Below are positions 1 through 9,662 of a DNA stretch of 64,000 nucleotides, one piece after another. Within the stretch, counting starts at the first letter, position 1; each line of letters begins with the position of its first letter. Both the position numbers and the translations under genes were made by a program. Source of the DNA: a virus. Location: the IMG/VR virus record IMGVR_UViG_2816332652_000003, positions 2,167 through 66,166 of that record; one strand, given 5' to 3'. The notes below the pieces were generated by a model. The model searched no databases and was not told where the DNA came from. It was given only the letters and a program-made list of their open reading frames with translations.

Positions 1-11
1 TGAACAGTTTA

Positions 12-248
12 GTGGAAACACAAAAGCGACAATTTTTCTCAGACTGTAGGAAACATAAAGGCACACAAGCAAAAGTGGCTCAAGATAATAAAATCTCAAC
101 GGTTTATGTTCGAATGATTGAGAATGGAACATTCACTCCTGGCAGAGATCTCATGTTCAAATTATCAAAATATTTCGGTCATCCAGCAGAAAAACTGTTT
201 CCTGATTATTTTGAAAGGCTTCTTAGTCATGCAAAAAGCGATAATTAA
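12..248 (+). CDS. Cro/XRE-family HTH regulator
   Basis: TQAKVAQDNKISTVYVRMIENG..PG HTH_3-like pattern; first gene of the early operon. Confidence 0.8.
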   Translation: METQKRQFFSDCRKHKGTQAKVAQDNKISTVYVRMIENGTFTPGRDLMFKLSKYFGHPAEKLFPDYFERLLSHAKSDN

Positions 249-338
249 ATTATCTACTGTTAATATAAACGATAATATAAATATCGTCAATAATGTTGAA
301 TATATTTTTTTTGACCTAATTGATAATTAAATTATCAA
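240..338. promoter_or_regulatory. Three operator-like palindromes, consensus GATAAT-N3-ATTATC
   Basis: GATAATTAAATTATC at 240-254 and 322-336; GATAATATAAATATC at 271-285. Confidence 0.6.
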
Positions 339-342
339 TCTA

Positions 343-630
343 ATGGGAAAGGAGATTTTTATGCTATCGATCAGCGTTGATGAAAAAGAAATAAAAAAAA
401 TCCTGAAAGAGAAAGTAGCAGAGATTTTAAAAGAAGCCGATGCGGAGTATATCTTTTGGGATGCCTCCGAATTGAAGCGCAGGACTTGCATGAGTTGGAA
501 TTTCATACAGGATCAATTCTTCTTTGATCAAAGGTTTCCTAAAAGGAAAGTCGGAAGTAAATGGTACTTTCCAGCAAGAGAAACACGTGAATTTTTGGAA
601 GAGTGGCTAACAGAACAGCCAATAATATAA
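343..630 (+). CDS. Small DNA-binding protein (excisionase/HTH-like)
   Basis: WDASELKRRTCMSWNFI...FPKRKVGSKWYFP winged-helix/Xis-like pattern. Confidence 0.55.
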   Translation: MGKEIFMLSISVDEKEIKKILKEKVAEILKEADAEYIFWDASELKRRTCMSWNFIQDQFFFDQRFPKRKVGSKWYFPARETREFLEEWLTEQPII

Positions 631-666
631 GGATTCTATTTTAAACGTTCTGGAAGGAGAATCAGG

Positions 667-1809
667 GTGTTAATTGACATAAACAAAATCAAAGTCAGTG
701 ACCGAATTCGTAAGGACTTCGGCGGTATCGAAGAACTGGCGCAAGACATTGATCAAAATGGTCTCATTAATCCTATCCTTGTAACACCTGATTATCAGTT
801 AATTGCAGGAGAACGCCGCTTGCGTGCTCATCAGTACCTGGGACGTAAAGAGGTTGTAGTCCGGGTTATGGAAATCAGTGACTTTGAACATCAGCTTCGG
901 CTTGAAATATCTGAGAACGAGCACCGGAAAGAATTTACCTTCTCCGAAAGAGTTGAATGGGCTAAACGGCTGGAAGAAGTCGAACGGATAAAGGCCAAGG
1001 AACGGATGGCAGGAGGCAAGGAAAATGTTCCTGAGCAGCCTGCCGGACAGGTTCGCGATATTGTAGCTGATCAAGCAGGCTTTGGATCAGGTAGAACCTA
1101 TGACAAAGCCAAGTTCATTATGGAAAACGCCACGCCGGAAATCATTCAGCAGCTTGACGCAGGGATCATTTCCACACACAAAGCATATGTGGAGACAAAA
1201 GATCGACTTGAAGCTGCTTTGCAAGAAGCCGAGGCTCGGGCTAACCAAGCAGAACAAGAGAAGGAAGAACTTCAGCGCCGTTACAAGGATGCAATTCCAG
1301 CCGATCAGGTGGACGAAGCAGTAGCAGCGGCAGTAGAACGCCGAGATGAAGAGACAGAAGTTCTTCTCGAACAGAAAGCTCAGGAAGCTGCTAAGAAGAT
1401 AAAAGAGCGTGATCAATACTGGAAGGACAAGCTTCAGGACGATGTGGAAGCTGAGCGTCTGAAGGTAGAAGAACTTAAAGCCGGTTATCAGCGTACGAAA
1501 GAAGAGTTAGAGACTATACAGCTCCAACAGCCTGATAACTTCGATGAACAACATGCTGCTGCTCAAATGAAGAAACTTCGTTTCGAAGCTGATAGAAATA
1601 CCATACAGATCAGCATCCATATAAATCAGTTTCTTCAGAAAGTCGGCATCTCATCGTTTATGCTTGGGGCTGTCTCCGGTGCTAGCGCCGGTGAGAAAAA
1701 ACGGTTATCAGAAGGTCTTGACATGCTCCAATCTTTCATTGACCAGATGCGTCCGGCAATTAATTCAAGAAAGGTGGTAAATCCAAATGACAACATTAAT
1801 GAATCCTAA
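667..1809 (+). CDS. ParB/Srx N-terminal domain protein with HTH and coiled coil
   Basis: GLINPILV...LIAGERRLRA ParB box, SENEHRKEFT, then a long charged coiled coil. Confidence 0.85.
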   Translation: MLIDINKIKVSDRIRKDFGGIEELAQDIDQNGLINPILVTPDYQLIAGERRLRAHQYLGRKEVVVRVMEISDFEHQLRLEISENEHRKEFTFSERVEWAKRLEEVERIKAKERMAGGKENVPEQPAGQVRDIVADQAGFGSGRTYDKAKFIMENATPEIIQQLDAGIISTHKAYVETKDRLEAALQEAEARANQAEQEKEELQRRYKDAIPADQVDEAVAAAVERRDEETEVLLEQKAQEAAKKIKERDQYWKDKLQDDVEAERLKVEELKAGYQRTKEELETIQLQQPDNFDEQHAAAQMKKLRFEADRNTIQISIHINQFLQKVGISSFMLGAVSGASAGEKKRLSEGLDMLQSFIDQMRPAINSRKVVNPNDNINES

Positions 1810-2218
1810 TCAGCCTGACTTCTTGTCAGTTGTTGAAAGACAGATGCAGTTAACTGAAGCTCAAGGTATGGCAATTCGTGGTTTGGTGGATGGCATCAGA
1901 CAGATGCAAGAGGATGTAGCAGAAAAGGTTGGAGAAGTCCAAATGATGGTTCAGGAGGTCCGGGACAGCGTAACGCTGACGGATGCAGAATGCTACCAAC
2001 TCCAGTCTCTTGTTCGCAAGAAATCTAATGGACTGACCAAAGATCGCTATAAAGAGTCAGATGAGAAATTCAAGGATATGGTTGGTCGTTATCGTCGAAT
2101 GATCTGGAGTAAGTTGAAGGAAAGGTTTGAATTAGCGAAATACAGCCATGTACGGCGTATCGACTTTGATGATGCAGTTGATTTCATTAAGGAATTTCGT
2201 CCGGAAGATTATATCTGA
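1787..2218 (+). CDS. ORF6C-domain (antirepressor C-terminal-like) protein
   Basis: IWSKLKERFELAKYSHVRRIDFDDAVDFI matches the ORF6C pattern. Confidence 0.7.
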   Translation: MTTLMNPNQPDFLSVVERQMQLTEAQGMAIRGLVDGIRQMQEDVAEKVGEVQMMVQEVRDSVTLTDAECYQLQSLVRKKSNGLTKDRYKESDEKFKDMVGRYRRMIWSKLKERFELAKYSHVRRIDFDDAVDFIKEFRPEDYI

Positions 2219-2234
2219 GGGGAGTTGAAGAACA

Positions 2235-2342
2235 ATGGCTCACAAATTCATAACGCTTGACGATTTAGCCAGAATGTGGTCACACAAGCCGTTACAACAT
2301 GAGATACTCACTCGAAACATTGATCGGAAGAAGAAATTATGA
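2235..2342 (+). CDS. Small hypothetical protein (35 aa)
   Basis: RBS GAGGGG upstream; MAHKFITLDDLARMWSHKPLQHEILTRNIDRKKKL; stop overlaps the next ATG. Confidence 0.4.
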   Translation: MAHKFITLDDLARMWSHKPLQHEILTRNIDRKKKL

Positions 2343-2701
2343 TTACTGTTCCGCAGAAATTGCTTCAATCCAGAATCATGCGGAAGAAGTTAAGAAATTT
2401 GTATGATGACATCATCGATGCTGAAAAATTTGACCTTGATGACAGAGAGATAAGTATTGAAGCGGCGATTTTATCCGATAAGTTGGAGAGGCTAGAATCC
2501 TCCATTCGTAAAAATCGCAAATATCTCGGATTGGAATGGAAACCTCCAACGGGATATAAAGTGTCTGGAACAGTAATTGGGATATGTCAACTTTGCCAAA
2601 AGGAAATCTTCTCAGGGCAGAAAATTCCTGATCCAAATGAAGAAGGACTCTTTTGTAACTACTATTGCAGAAGAGTCTACCGCAACAACAGTATCAAATG
2701 A
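2339..2701 (+). CDS. Hypothetical phage protein with Cys motifs
   Basis: CQLC and CNYYC motifs; lies within the operon. Confidence 0.6.
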   Translation: MITVPQKLLQSRIMRKKLRNLYDDIIDAEKFDLDDREISIEAAILSDKLERLESSIRKNRKYLGLEWKPPTGYKVSGTVIGICQLCQKEIFSGQKIPDPNEEGLFCNYYCRRVYRNNSIK

Positions 2702-2778
2702 GTCCTTAGGTTAATCGTGCTACCAACACGATCAATTAACAATTCAACTAAACATGACTTTATCATAAATTTATTATT

Positions 2779-3210
2779 TTGCAAATATCTGCATTGAATG
2801 GAGTGCCTGCATTGTCTCTACAAAAACAATATACGCTAGGCGAGCTATACAGTTTAGCAGAACAGTGCAGTCACGATTATCCGGCTACACTGGCGCGGAA
2901 GATTGAGTATTTGACTGAGGTTCAAGTTTTGATAGGCCGTAGAGCTGCTGAGGCAGTGAGGGACTATAAACGTCTCTACGCTGAACGCAAACGTGTCTAT
3001 GACGAGGCATACATTGCAGCCGGTAAAGATAAAGCCCAGCGTGCTGAACTCGCCATTATCCAACTTCGCCTTCAGGAAGCTGATGCTGAGGCAGATAAGG
3101 TTCGCTGGCACAATGCAGTAGAAAGTAACGACCAAGTTATAAACTCATTAAAATACAGCCTGAAGGTTCTGCTGGCTGAGTACAACAATCCTGCCAGCGG
3201 CAGACGGTAG
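2779..3210 (+). CDS. Hypothetical coiled-coil phage protein (start uncertain)
   Basis: Helical ORF directly upstream of the replication initiator. Confidence 0.6.
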   Translation: MQISALNGVPALSLQKQYTLGELYSLAEQCSHDYPATLARKIEYLTEVQVLIGRRAAEAVRDYKRLYAERKRVYDEAYIAAGKDKAQRAELAIIQLRLQEADAEADKVRWHNAVESNDQVINSLKYSLKVLLAEYNNPASGRR

Positions 3211-3232
3211 GGCTGACAATGCGAGGTTAATC

Positions 3233-4270
3233 ATGGCTGAAATAAAATGGATCAAGCTCAGTGCGGACATGTTTAGCGATAGGAAAATTGAGCTTATCGA
3301 AGATATGCCCGAAGCTGACACGATTATTGTTATATGGATTAAGCTACTGACAATGACAGGACAAGCGAATATGGGAGGCTACATCATGTTGACTGAAACG
3401 ATCCCGTATACAGAAGAAATGCTGTTGTCTGCCATTAAGCGTCCCTTACCTGTTATAAAAATGGCTTTATCTATATTTGAAAGATTCGGAATGTTGGAAG
3501 TTTCCGAAAGCGGAGCTTACTTCCTTCCCAATTGGGAAAAACATCAAAACGTAGATGGAATGGACAAGGTTCGTGCGCAAACAAACAAGCGAGTGCAATC
3601 CTTCAGAGAAAGACAGAAGCTTCTTGAACCTGGCAAACGAAAATTGGAACAAAAAAGTAACGTTACAAGAAACGCTACAGGTAACGTTACAGTAACGCCC
3701 AGTAACGGAACAGAACTAGATTTAGAACAAGAAAAAGATAGTAGTTGTTGTTTATCGCCCGAGGCTGATAACAATTCAAAAGATGAGGGGATACCGTCTT
3801 CCCGGCAAGGTACCGTTCCTGCCACTCCTGAAACAGATACTGACTCTGAACAGGATGAAATATCATCCACCGAATTAGATTATCGCAACGCGGTTGCTAA
3901 CAAGTACTTGCAACGCAGGGGAAAGGGAATGGATATTTCTCCGGCTGATGAGATAAGCATTTCTGAATTGCTAAAAAATAAAGTCCCTTTGAAAACAGCT
4001 CTTGGAGGGATTGATAAGGCGTTTGATAACTTCAAGCCTAAACACTCCCGTGATGAAATTAGGAGTGTGAACTACTGCGCTACCGTGATTCTGGCTTTAC
4101 ATGCTCTGAACATGGAAAAACCAAAGCAAGAGCAAACGGTTGAGGTTGATGCAGTTTCAGTTTTACCTGAAGCTTCTGAAACCATGTCTGCTCATGAACC
4201 TAGTTCGCAGTATACAGAGAATGATCTTAAGAAAATGCTGGCTGAATTAAGAGCGAAACAAGGAGTGTGA
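3233..4270 (+). CDS. Phage replisome organiser / replication initiator
   Basis: MAEIKWIKLSADMFSDRKIELIEDMPEADTIIVIWIKLL is the Phage_rep_org_N signature. Confidence 0.9.
   Translation: MAEIKWIKLSADMFSDRKIELIEDMPEADTIIVIWIKLLTMTGQANMGGYIMLTETIPYTEEMLLSAIKRPLPVIKMALSIFERFGMLEVSESGAYFLPNWEKHQNVDGMDKVRAQTNKRVQSFRERQKLLEPGKRKLEQKSNVTRNATGNVTVTPSNGTELDLEQEKDSSCCLSPEADNNSKDEGIPSSRQGTVPATPETDTDSEQDEISSTELDYRNAVANKYLQRRGKGMDISPADEISISELLKNKVPLKTALGGIDKAFDNFKPKHSRDEIRSVNYCATVILALHALNMEKPKQEQTVEVDAVSVLPEASETMSAHEPSSQYTENDLKKMLAELRAKQGV
3657..3707. repeat. Iteron-like repeats, putative replication origin inside the rep gene
   Basis: GTAACGTTAC at 3657 and 3681; GTAACG at 3692 and 3702. An origin inside the rep gene is typical of lambdoid and Firmicute phages. 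Confidence 0.55.
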
Positions 4271-4274
4271 GTGT

Positions 4275-5231
4275 ATGGGCAGCTTTCAAGAAGAGTTAAG
4301 GGCGCTGATCCCTCCTGATTTTGCAGAAAGACGACAGGCAGCTATCCAGAAGATTGATACGCACCCTGAGATTCAGCGACTCAGACAGGCATATGCTGAT
4401 CGTTCAGGCGACCTGACAAGCCCAAGAAGATACAGGGATGTGTCAGAGCATCTTGCTCAATGTGATGCATGCGCGGCGTGTCCTGGTTTAAGAGACTGCC
4501 AGAACGTCCAGAAGGGTCACAGGAGCGTTGAAGAACCTAACCCTAATAAACAAGACGAGTTGGTGTTTAGGCTCAGGAAATGCAATTTATTAAAGGCCTA
4601 CGAGAGACAGCAGGGGATTGGTCAGAGAATCAAAAGCCATTTTATACCCGCTCACATTTTGGACGCGACCTTTGATGAAATCGAACCTGATCCGCAACGA
4701 TTAGCCGCCATTACGGCGGCGGTAAAATTCTGTAGCACATTTGTTCCAGGGCAAACGACAGAAGGGTTGTACTTTTACGGCCCGATGGGTGTAGGTAAAA
4801 GCCTGATCGCTGGAGCGATTGCTCAAGAAATTGCCAAATGTGATATAGATGTTCTCATGGTTTATGTCCCGGATTTTCTACTTGAAGTCAAGGATGCTAT
4901 TGGTTCCAAGACAGAGACGGTAGAGAACAAACTCGACTCTCTCAGGAGTGCTTCTGTACTGATACTCGATGATATCGGAGCTGAGACCTTAACCATTTGG
5001 ACAAGGGATGAAGTAATAGGCCCTATACTCCAGAGACGCATGGAGCGGCTTCCGACAATCTACACATCCAATTTGACTATCAAAGAATTGAGACACCACC
5101 TGGCTAATGTAAAGGATGCTAAAGAGATGGACAGGAAGCAGCATGAGAAGAAGGCGGAGCGGATTATTGAACGGATTGAACCTTTTGCAAAAACAATATC
5201 GGTAGGCGGAAGAAATAGACGGAGGGGATAG
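4275..5231 (+). CDS. dnaI: DnaI/DnaC-like helicase loader
   Basis: N-terminal Cys motifs, Walker A GPMGVGKS, Walker B LILDDIG, TIYTSN. Confidence 0.9.
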   Translation: MGSFQEELRALIPPDFAERRQAAIQKIDTHPEIQRLRQAYADRSGDLTSPRRYRDVSEHLAQCDACAACPGLRDCQNVQKGHRSVEEPNPNKQDELVFRLRKCNLLKAYERQQGIGQRIKSHFIPAHILDATFDEIEPDPQRLAAITAAVKFCSTFVPGQTTEGLYFYGPMGVGKSLIAGAIAQEIAKCDIDVLMVYVPDFLLEVKDAIGSKTETVENKLDSLRSASVLILDDIGAETLTIWTRDEVIGPILQRRMERLPTIYTSNLTIKELRHHLANVKDAKEMDRKQHEKKAERIIERIEPFAKTISVGGRNRRRG

Positions 5232-5235
5232 TAGT

Positions 5236-5376
5236 ATGTGCAAAACTTGTGGTGGAGCAACAGTGAAATATCAGTTTATTGGTGCGATGATGATGCTCGG
5301 ACCTTGCCCAGAATGCAATCCCAACGCCAAGAAAAAACCGCAGGAGGTGAATCAACCTTATGAAAATAGTCGTTGA
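5236..5376 (+). CDS. Small Zn-ribbon protein (46 aa)
   Basis: RBS GGAGG; MCKTCGG...PCPECNP. Confidence 0.55.
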   Translation: MCKTCGGATVKYQFIGAMMMLGPCPECNPNAKKKPQEVNQPYENSR

Positions 5377-6490
5377 TAGCGAACTGCTGGCAGAAGCCTT
5401 GGAGGATGCAAGTAAAGCCATTGCAAGCAAAAATATTATGCCAATCCTGGACTGCTTTTTGATCGAAGCTGGAGCGGATGGGGTAAAGGTCACCGGAACG
5501 GATACAAGAACAACGATACAGTCTTACATTTTCAGTGAACATGTTCATGTTGATTTGCCTGGTCAGATCGCACTCCCTAAGCTATCCCTTGAAGTAATTA
5601 AGAAACTCAATGGTGATGTGAGCATTGAGAAAAAAGGCAACAACGCGATTATCATTTCTCGGAAGAAGGAAATAGACATGGGTGTATTTGATCCAGAAGA
5701 GTTTCCAAGGGTGCCTGACATTGATGACAGCGAATTATTTGAGACAACAGGCAGAGAGCTTAAACGGCTATTCAGAAAAGCGACTTATGCTGCTGATCCA
5801 ACAGGGAAGAATGCGGCAATCCTCGCCGGAGCACATGTATACATTAATGACGGAGTATTTGGCATTGAAGCAACAGATCGGCACAGGCTTGCTAAAACAG
5901 AGCAAGACACAGACGTAGGTAATTTGGGTGGAGCTGTCATAGAGGCCAAGGCATTGGGTGAATTACAAAAGATCATCTTGGATAAAGACAATCTTGAATT
6001 CGGATTTTCGAAATCTTTTACCGGAGAAGTAGTACACGTATTTGCGAGAACAGACCGATTCACTTTTTACTCCAGAGTGTTGGAAGGAGCGTTCCCGGAT
6101 GTAGGTCGGATGTCAATCGTGCCAGATGGTGTTACGGAAGTAAGCGTCGAAAAAAGAGAATTAATGAGTTGCCTTGATCTCATTTACACACTTGCTAAGG
6201 AAGATAAGCATAACCAAATCATCATCAGCATCACAGAGAATGAAGTGAGCATTCGCGGCAAAGGAAAAGAATCTGGAAAGGCAAATGAGAGTTTAGTTCC
6301 ATTGTCATTTAAAGGTGAAAATTTCGCTGTTGCGCTGAATTCCAAGTATTTCATAGATGCTATCAAAGCATTAGAAGGAGATAAGGTGACACTGGTTTTC
6401 GCTGGCAAGTTGAAGCCAATTTATATCTTGGATGAAAGTGACGAGAGATCACTCCACATGGTACTTCCTTATAGGACGGAAGAAGTGTAA
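5360..6490 (+). CDS. dnaN: DNA polymerase III beta sliding clamp (phage-encoded)
   Basis: 376 aa; SKNIMPILDCFLIEA, EATDRHRL, SRVLEGAFPD, ALNSKYFIDAI, MVLPYR are all DnaN motifs. Confidence 0.92.
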   Translation: MKIVVDSELLAEALEDASKAIASKNIMPILDCFLIEAGADGVKVTGTDTRTTIQSYIFSEHVHVDLPGQIALPKLSLEVIKKLNGDVSIEKKGNNAIIISRKKEIDMGVFDPEEFPRVPDIDDSELFETTGRELKRLFRKATYAADPTGKNAAILAGAHVYINDGVFGIEATDRHRLAKTEQDTDVGNLGGAVIEAKALGELQKIILDKDNLEFGFSKSFTGEVVHVFARTDRFTFYSRVLEGAFPDVGRMSIVPDGVTEVSVEKRELMSCLDLIYTLAKEDKHNQIIISITENEVSIRGKGKESGKANESLVPLSFKGENFAVALNSKYFIDAIKALEGDKVTLVFAGKLKPIYILDESDERSLHMVLPYRTEEV

Positions 6491-7003
6491 TGAACAAATA
6501 CAATGCAACCAAGGTGATCGTTACTGAAGACGGGACATTGTTCTCGGAATGGATCGTTAAAAAGCACAATCTGGATATAACCGGTATACGATTCGATAGC
6601 ATGGCTGAGGGGGAGTTTTTATCAGCTCCTACTCCAGCAAAAGAGGTTTGGGGAGATTAAATCCTTTGAATGTCATCCTAAATTTGTTCTTCAAGAGAAA
6701 CCGAAGGTCACTTACATTGCTGACTTCCTGGTAACGGAATTAGATGGCAGTCAGCGGGTGGTGGATATAAAAGGAGTGGAGACCTCCACATTCCGAGTCA
6801 AACTGAAACTATTCCAAGCTAAATATCCGACTTTACCAATAGATATACTTGTTAAAAAGCGAGGAGAATTCATTCCTCTTGCACAATACAAGAAGGAAAA
6901 ATCAGCGCGTAAACGGGCGGCGAATGCACTTAAAAAACGAGTAGATGAGGGGAGAATGCAAAATGAAAATCAAACATACCGTAATCAAAAACGAGGACGT
7001 TAA
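6490..7003 (+). pseudogene. DUF1064-family endonuclease-like gene, frameshifted
   Basis: MNKYNATKV...RFDSMAEGEF reads in frame to 6618; an extra T in TTTTT (6616-6620) gives a stop at 6658; the +1 frame continues YQLLL...TYIADFLV...VVDIKG. Confidence 0.8.
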
Positions 7004-7256
7004 TAAGCACCTTAACCAACAGGAGAAAGAAGACTTGCTTCGCTTGTTTCATAAAATTCAGTATGGTCGAGTATCGGAGGGGAAAGTTGGGTTCAACATG
7101 TACCTGGTCGTAAATACTGACGAAACTTACGCTGAAGATATTGTACGGATCTTACAAGAGAACGGTCATTGGGAACCAACACACGATCCAAGTCAAATCG
7201 AGTTTCGGCAAGAGGGTAATACGATGGAGCTTCCAGAAACTGAGGTGGAGGCATGA
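6957..7256 (+). CDS. Hypothetical phage protein
   Basis: ORF with RBS GAGGGGAG before ATG 6957. Confidence 0.6.
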   Translation, partial: CKMKIKHTVIKNEDVNKHLNQQEKEDLLRLFHKIQYGRVSEGKVGFNMYLVVNTDETYAEDIVRILQENGHWEPTHDPSQIEFRQEGNTMELPETEVEA

Positions 7257-7535
7257 GTGGACAAAGCCCTGAAACCAAGGGCAAAGGAAACATTTCCTTA
7301 CCTCTTGTACGAAACATTCTACTTGAACTTAATAGCCAATTGGGAGGTGTGCTCTGTGACTGAAGCTGAGAAAGATGAATTCTCCACAGATTTATCTGAA
7401 CGGTATACACAGGTTAAACAGTTAAGTTCTTCTAACAGAGAATTGATGAATACTTGGGATGCGGTGATTAGTGACTTGCCTTTAGATATAAAATCAAGGT
7501 TTGAAGAAAAACAGAGTCAAGTTTCGGCTTTGTAA
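7257..7535 (+). CDS. Hypothetical protein
   Basis: ORF within the operon. Confidence 0.5.
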   Translation: MDKALKPRAKETFPYLLYETFYLNLIANWEVCSVTEAEKDEFSTDLSERYTQVKQLSSSNRELMNTWDAVISDLPLDIKSRFEEKQSQVSAL

Positions 7536-7716
7536 GGGAGGTTTGGATGAGAGTACTGTAGATTTGAACAACTTCGATCAGCAACCTCAGGCTATTGCTT
7601 TTTATGTTGGATACACAGTAAGCGGAGTAACTGCTCAGGAAAGACAGACTCATTACGCTGTTTTAGAGCGTGTTGGGTTGTTAGAGCCTATCAAATCCGT
7701 AGTGGGTATGCAGTAA
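7501..7716 (+). CDS. Hypothetical protein (start probably 7547)
   Basis: RBS GGGAGG upstream of ATG near 7547. Confidence 0.45.
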   Translation: MKKNRVKFRLCKGGLDESTVDLNNFDQQPQAIAFYVGYTVSGVTAQERQTHYAVLERVGLLEPIKSVVGMQ

Positions 7717-7762
7717 ATTAGGTTCAAAATATAAGCATAAGGACAGGGAATAGGAAGGAAAG

Positions 7763-8440
7763 GTGGATGAGGAAATGGCCCATCAGACATTCTGGAAACC
7801 GGAGAAAAAAATGAAAGAAAAGAAAATTAGCAGCTTCGGGCGGATTAAGAAAGACAAAAAACCTGTACCGGAATGGAAGAAGGGAATATTATCTCATCAC
7901 CAATTTAGACCAGGCTCGAAGGAGCGCGGCGATTTCCCAAAAGATGTCATAGCTGAGCTTATCGAAGAATCAAACGGAGTTTGTGAATGCTGCAAGATAG
8001 TTGAAGCAACAACTACTCATCATGTCTATCCGAGAGGGAGAAAGGGACGCGGAGTTAAAACGAACGGGCTTCGACTTTGCTGGCCTTGTCATGATCGGAT
8101 TCAAACGAACGAAGAATTGCTTCAGTTTTGGATTTCAGCTTTCCGAGACAAATATGGGGATAGATTCTGGTTCGATGAACAGGATTGGGACGAGTACAAC
8201 CGTAAACAAGAGGTACAGCAAAAAGCAGATCAGGCGAAACAGAATCGCCAGCAAACTTTAAACCCGGTAAAAGAACTTATCTCTTCTGCGGCAGGACGTT
8301 CATTGAAAGCAAAAGAGGTTCGGCTTATTGAAATGATGGATGATAAACAAATCGCAATATTCGAGACTTTGATTAACGATATTGTACGTGTTGATGAGAA
8401 GTTTCAAGTGCCGTTTGGATATGGTAATTTCGATGATTGA
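7763..8440 (+). CDS. HNH endonuclease
   Basis: CECC...THHVYPRG...TNGLRLCWPCHD. Confidence 0.85.
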   Translation: MDEEMAHQTFWKPEKKMKEKKISSFGRIKKDKKPVPEWKKGILSHHQFRPGSKERGDFPKDVIAELIEESNGVCECCKIVEATTTHHVYPRGRKGRGVKTNGLRLCWPCHDRIQTNEELLQFWISAFRDKYGDRFWFDEQDWDEYNRKQEVQQKADQAKQNRQQTLNPVKELISSAAGRSLKAKEVRLIEMMDDKQIAIFETLINDIVRVDEKFQVPFGYGNFDD

Positions 8441-8521
8441 AATCAAATTAATTCATATAACAACGTAAATTATTTATTTATTCATTTAGGGGTCATCCTC
8501 AGGAAGGGAGTACAGACACAC

Positions 8522-9643
8522 ATGATCATCACAGGAAACTGCATCGAAGTGATGCCGCAGCTCGAAGCCGAGTCATTCCACACATGCGTAACATCTCCAC
8601 CGTATTGGGGCCTGCGTGATTACGGCTTGGAACCATCACACTGGTCCGAGATGACATATACGCCTATGCCGGGCCTTCCGTCACTCACAGTGCCTGAGTG
8701 GAGCGGTTGCTTGGGGCTGGAGCCTACGCCGGAAATGTTCGTTGCTCATACGGTGATGGTGTTTCGGGAGGTATGGCGGCTGCTGAGAGCTGACGGAACG
8801 TTATGGATGAATTTTGGTGACAGTTACGCAGGCAGCGGTAAAGGGGCATGGAGTAACACGGATGATCAGAAAGAGGTCTATGTACCTGCACCAGATAGTC
8901 CGCAAACAAAGATACCGAAATCTCCAAGCGGCTTAAAAGCAAAAGATATGGTTGGTATTCCTTGGCGCGTAGCTTTCGCCCTGCAGGCGGAAGGTTGGTA
9001 TCTCAGATTGGACAACATTTGGCATAAGCCTAATCCAATGCCAGAGAGCGTACGCGACCGTCCAACTAAAGCGCATGAATATATGTTTTTGTTAAGCAAA
9101 TCCGAACGATATTACTATGATGCCGAATCTATCCTTGAACCTGTATCTCCCAACACGCATGCGCGTTTATCCCAAGACGTGATGAACCAGATTGGAAGCG
9201 ACCGAGCAAACGGCGGAGCTAAGACCAACGGGAATATGAAGGCAGTCGGTAGAAAACCAAAGGCTTCAAAAGCGGGATCCGGAATCAAATACAACGAGAG
9301 CTATGAATCTGCCTTAGCGCTTCCTGTAACCCAACGTAACAAGCGCAGCGTCTGGACTGTGACAACACAGGGGTTTTCAGAAGCCCACTTTGCTACATTT
9401 CCTGAAGCACTAATCAAACCCTGCATACTGGCAGGCGCTCCGGTGGGCGGTCGTGTACTTGATCCATTCGGCGGATCGGGAACAACGCTGAAAGTCGCCA
9501 TGGAGAACAACCGGGAATGCACCATCATTGAAATGGGACCACATAACGTTGAGATAGCAGAACGGCGTACAGCGGTTGTACAGCCTACATTGATTTTTTT
9601 GAGGAAGGGGCAGAGCCTCTTCCCACCACATACCACAATATAA
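8522..9643 (+). CDS. Orphan beta-class amino-DNA methyltransferase (N4-C/N6-A)
   Basis: Catalytic TSPPY precedes the SAM-binding DPFGGSGTT; no cognate restriction nuclease adjacent. Confidence 0.92.
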   Translation: MIITGNCIEVMPQLEAESFHTCVTSPPYWGLRDYGLEPSHWSEMTYTPMPGLPSLTVPEWSGCLGLEPTPEMFVAHTVMVFREVWRLLRADGTLWMNFGDSYAGSGKGAWSNTDDQKEVYVPAPDSPQTKIPKSPSGLKAKDMVGIPWRVAFALQAEGWYLRLDNIWHKPNPMPESVRDRPTKAHEYMFLLSKSERYYYDAESILEPVSPNTHARLSQDVMNQIGSDRANGGAKTNGNMKAVGRKPKASKAGSGIKYNESYESALALPVTQRNKRSVWTVTTQGFSEAHFATFPEALIKPCILAGAPVGGRVLDPFGGSGTTLKVAMENNRECTIIEMGPHNVEIAERRTAVVQPTLIFLRKGQSLFPPHTTI

Positions 9644-9662
9644 ATTTGAGGGAGCGATTGAA

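Noticed and set aside
240-338. Fur or PerR boxes
   Set aside because: The spacing is 6-3-6, not the 7-1-7 of Bacillus Fur/PerR.
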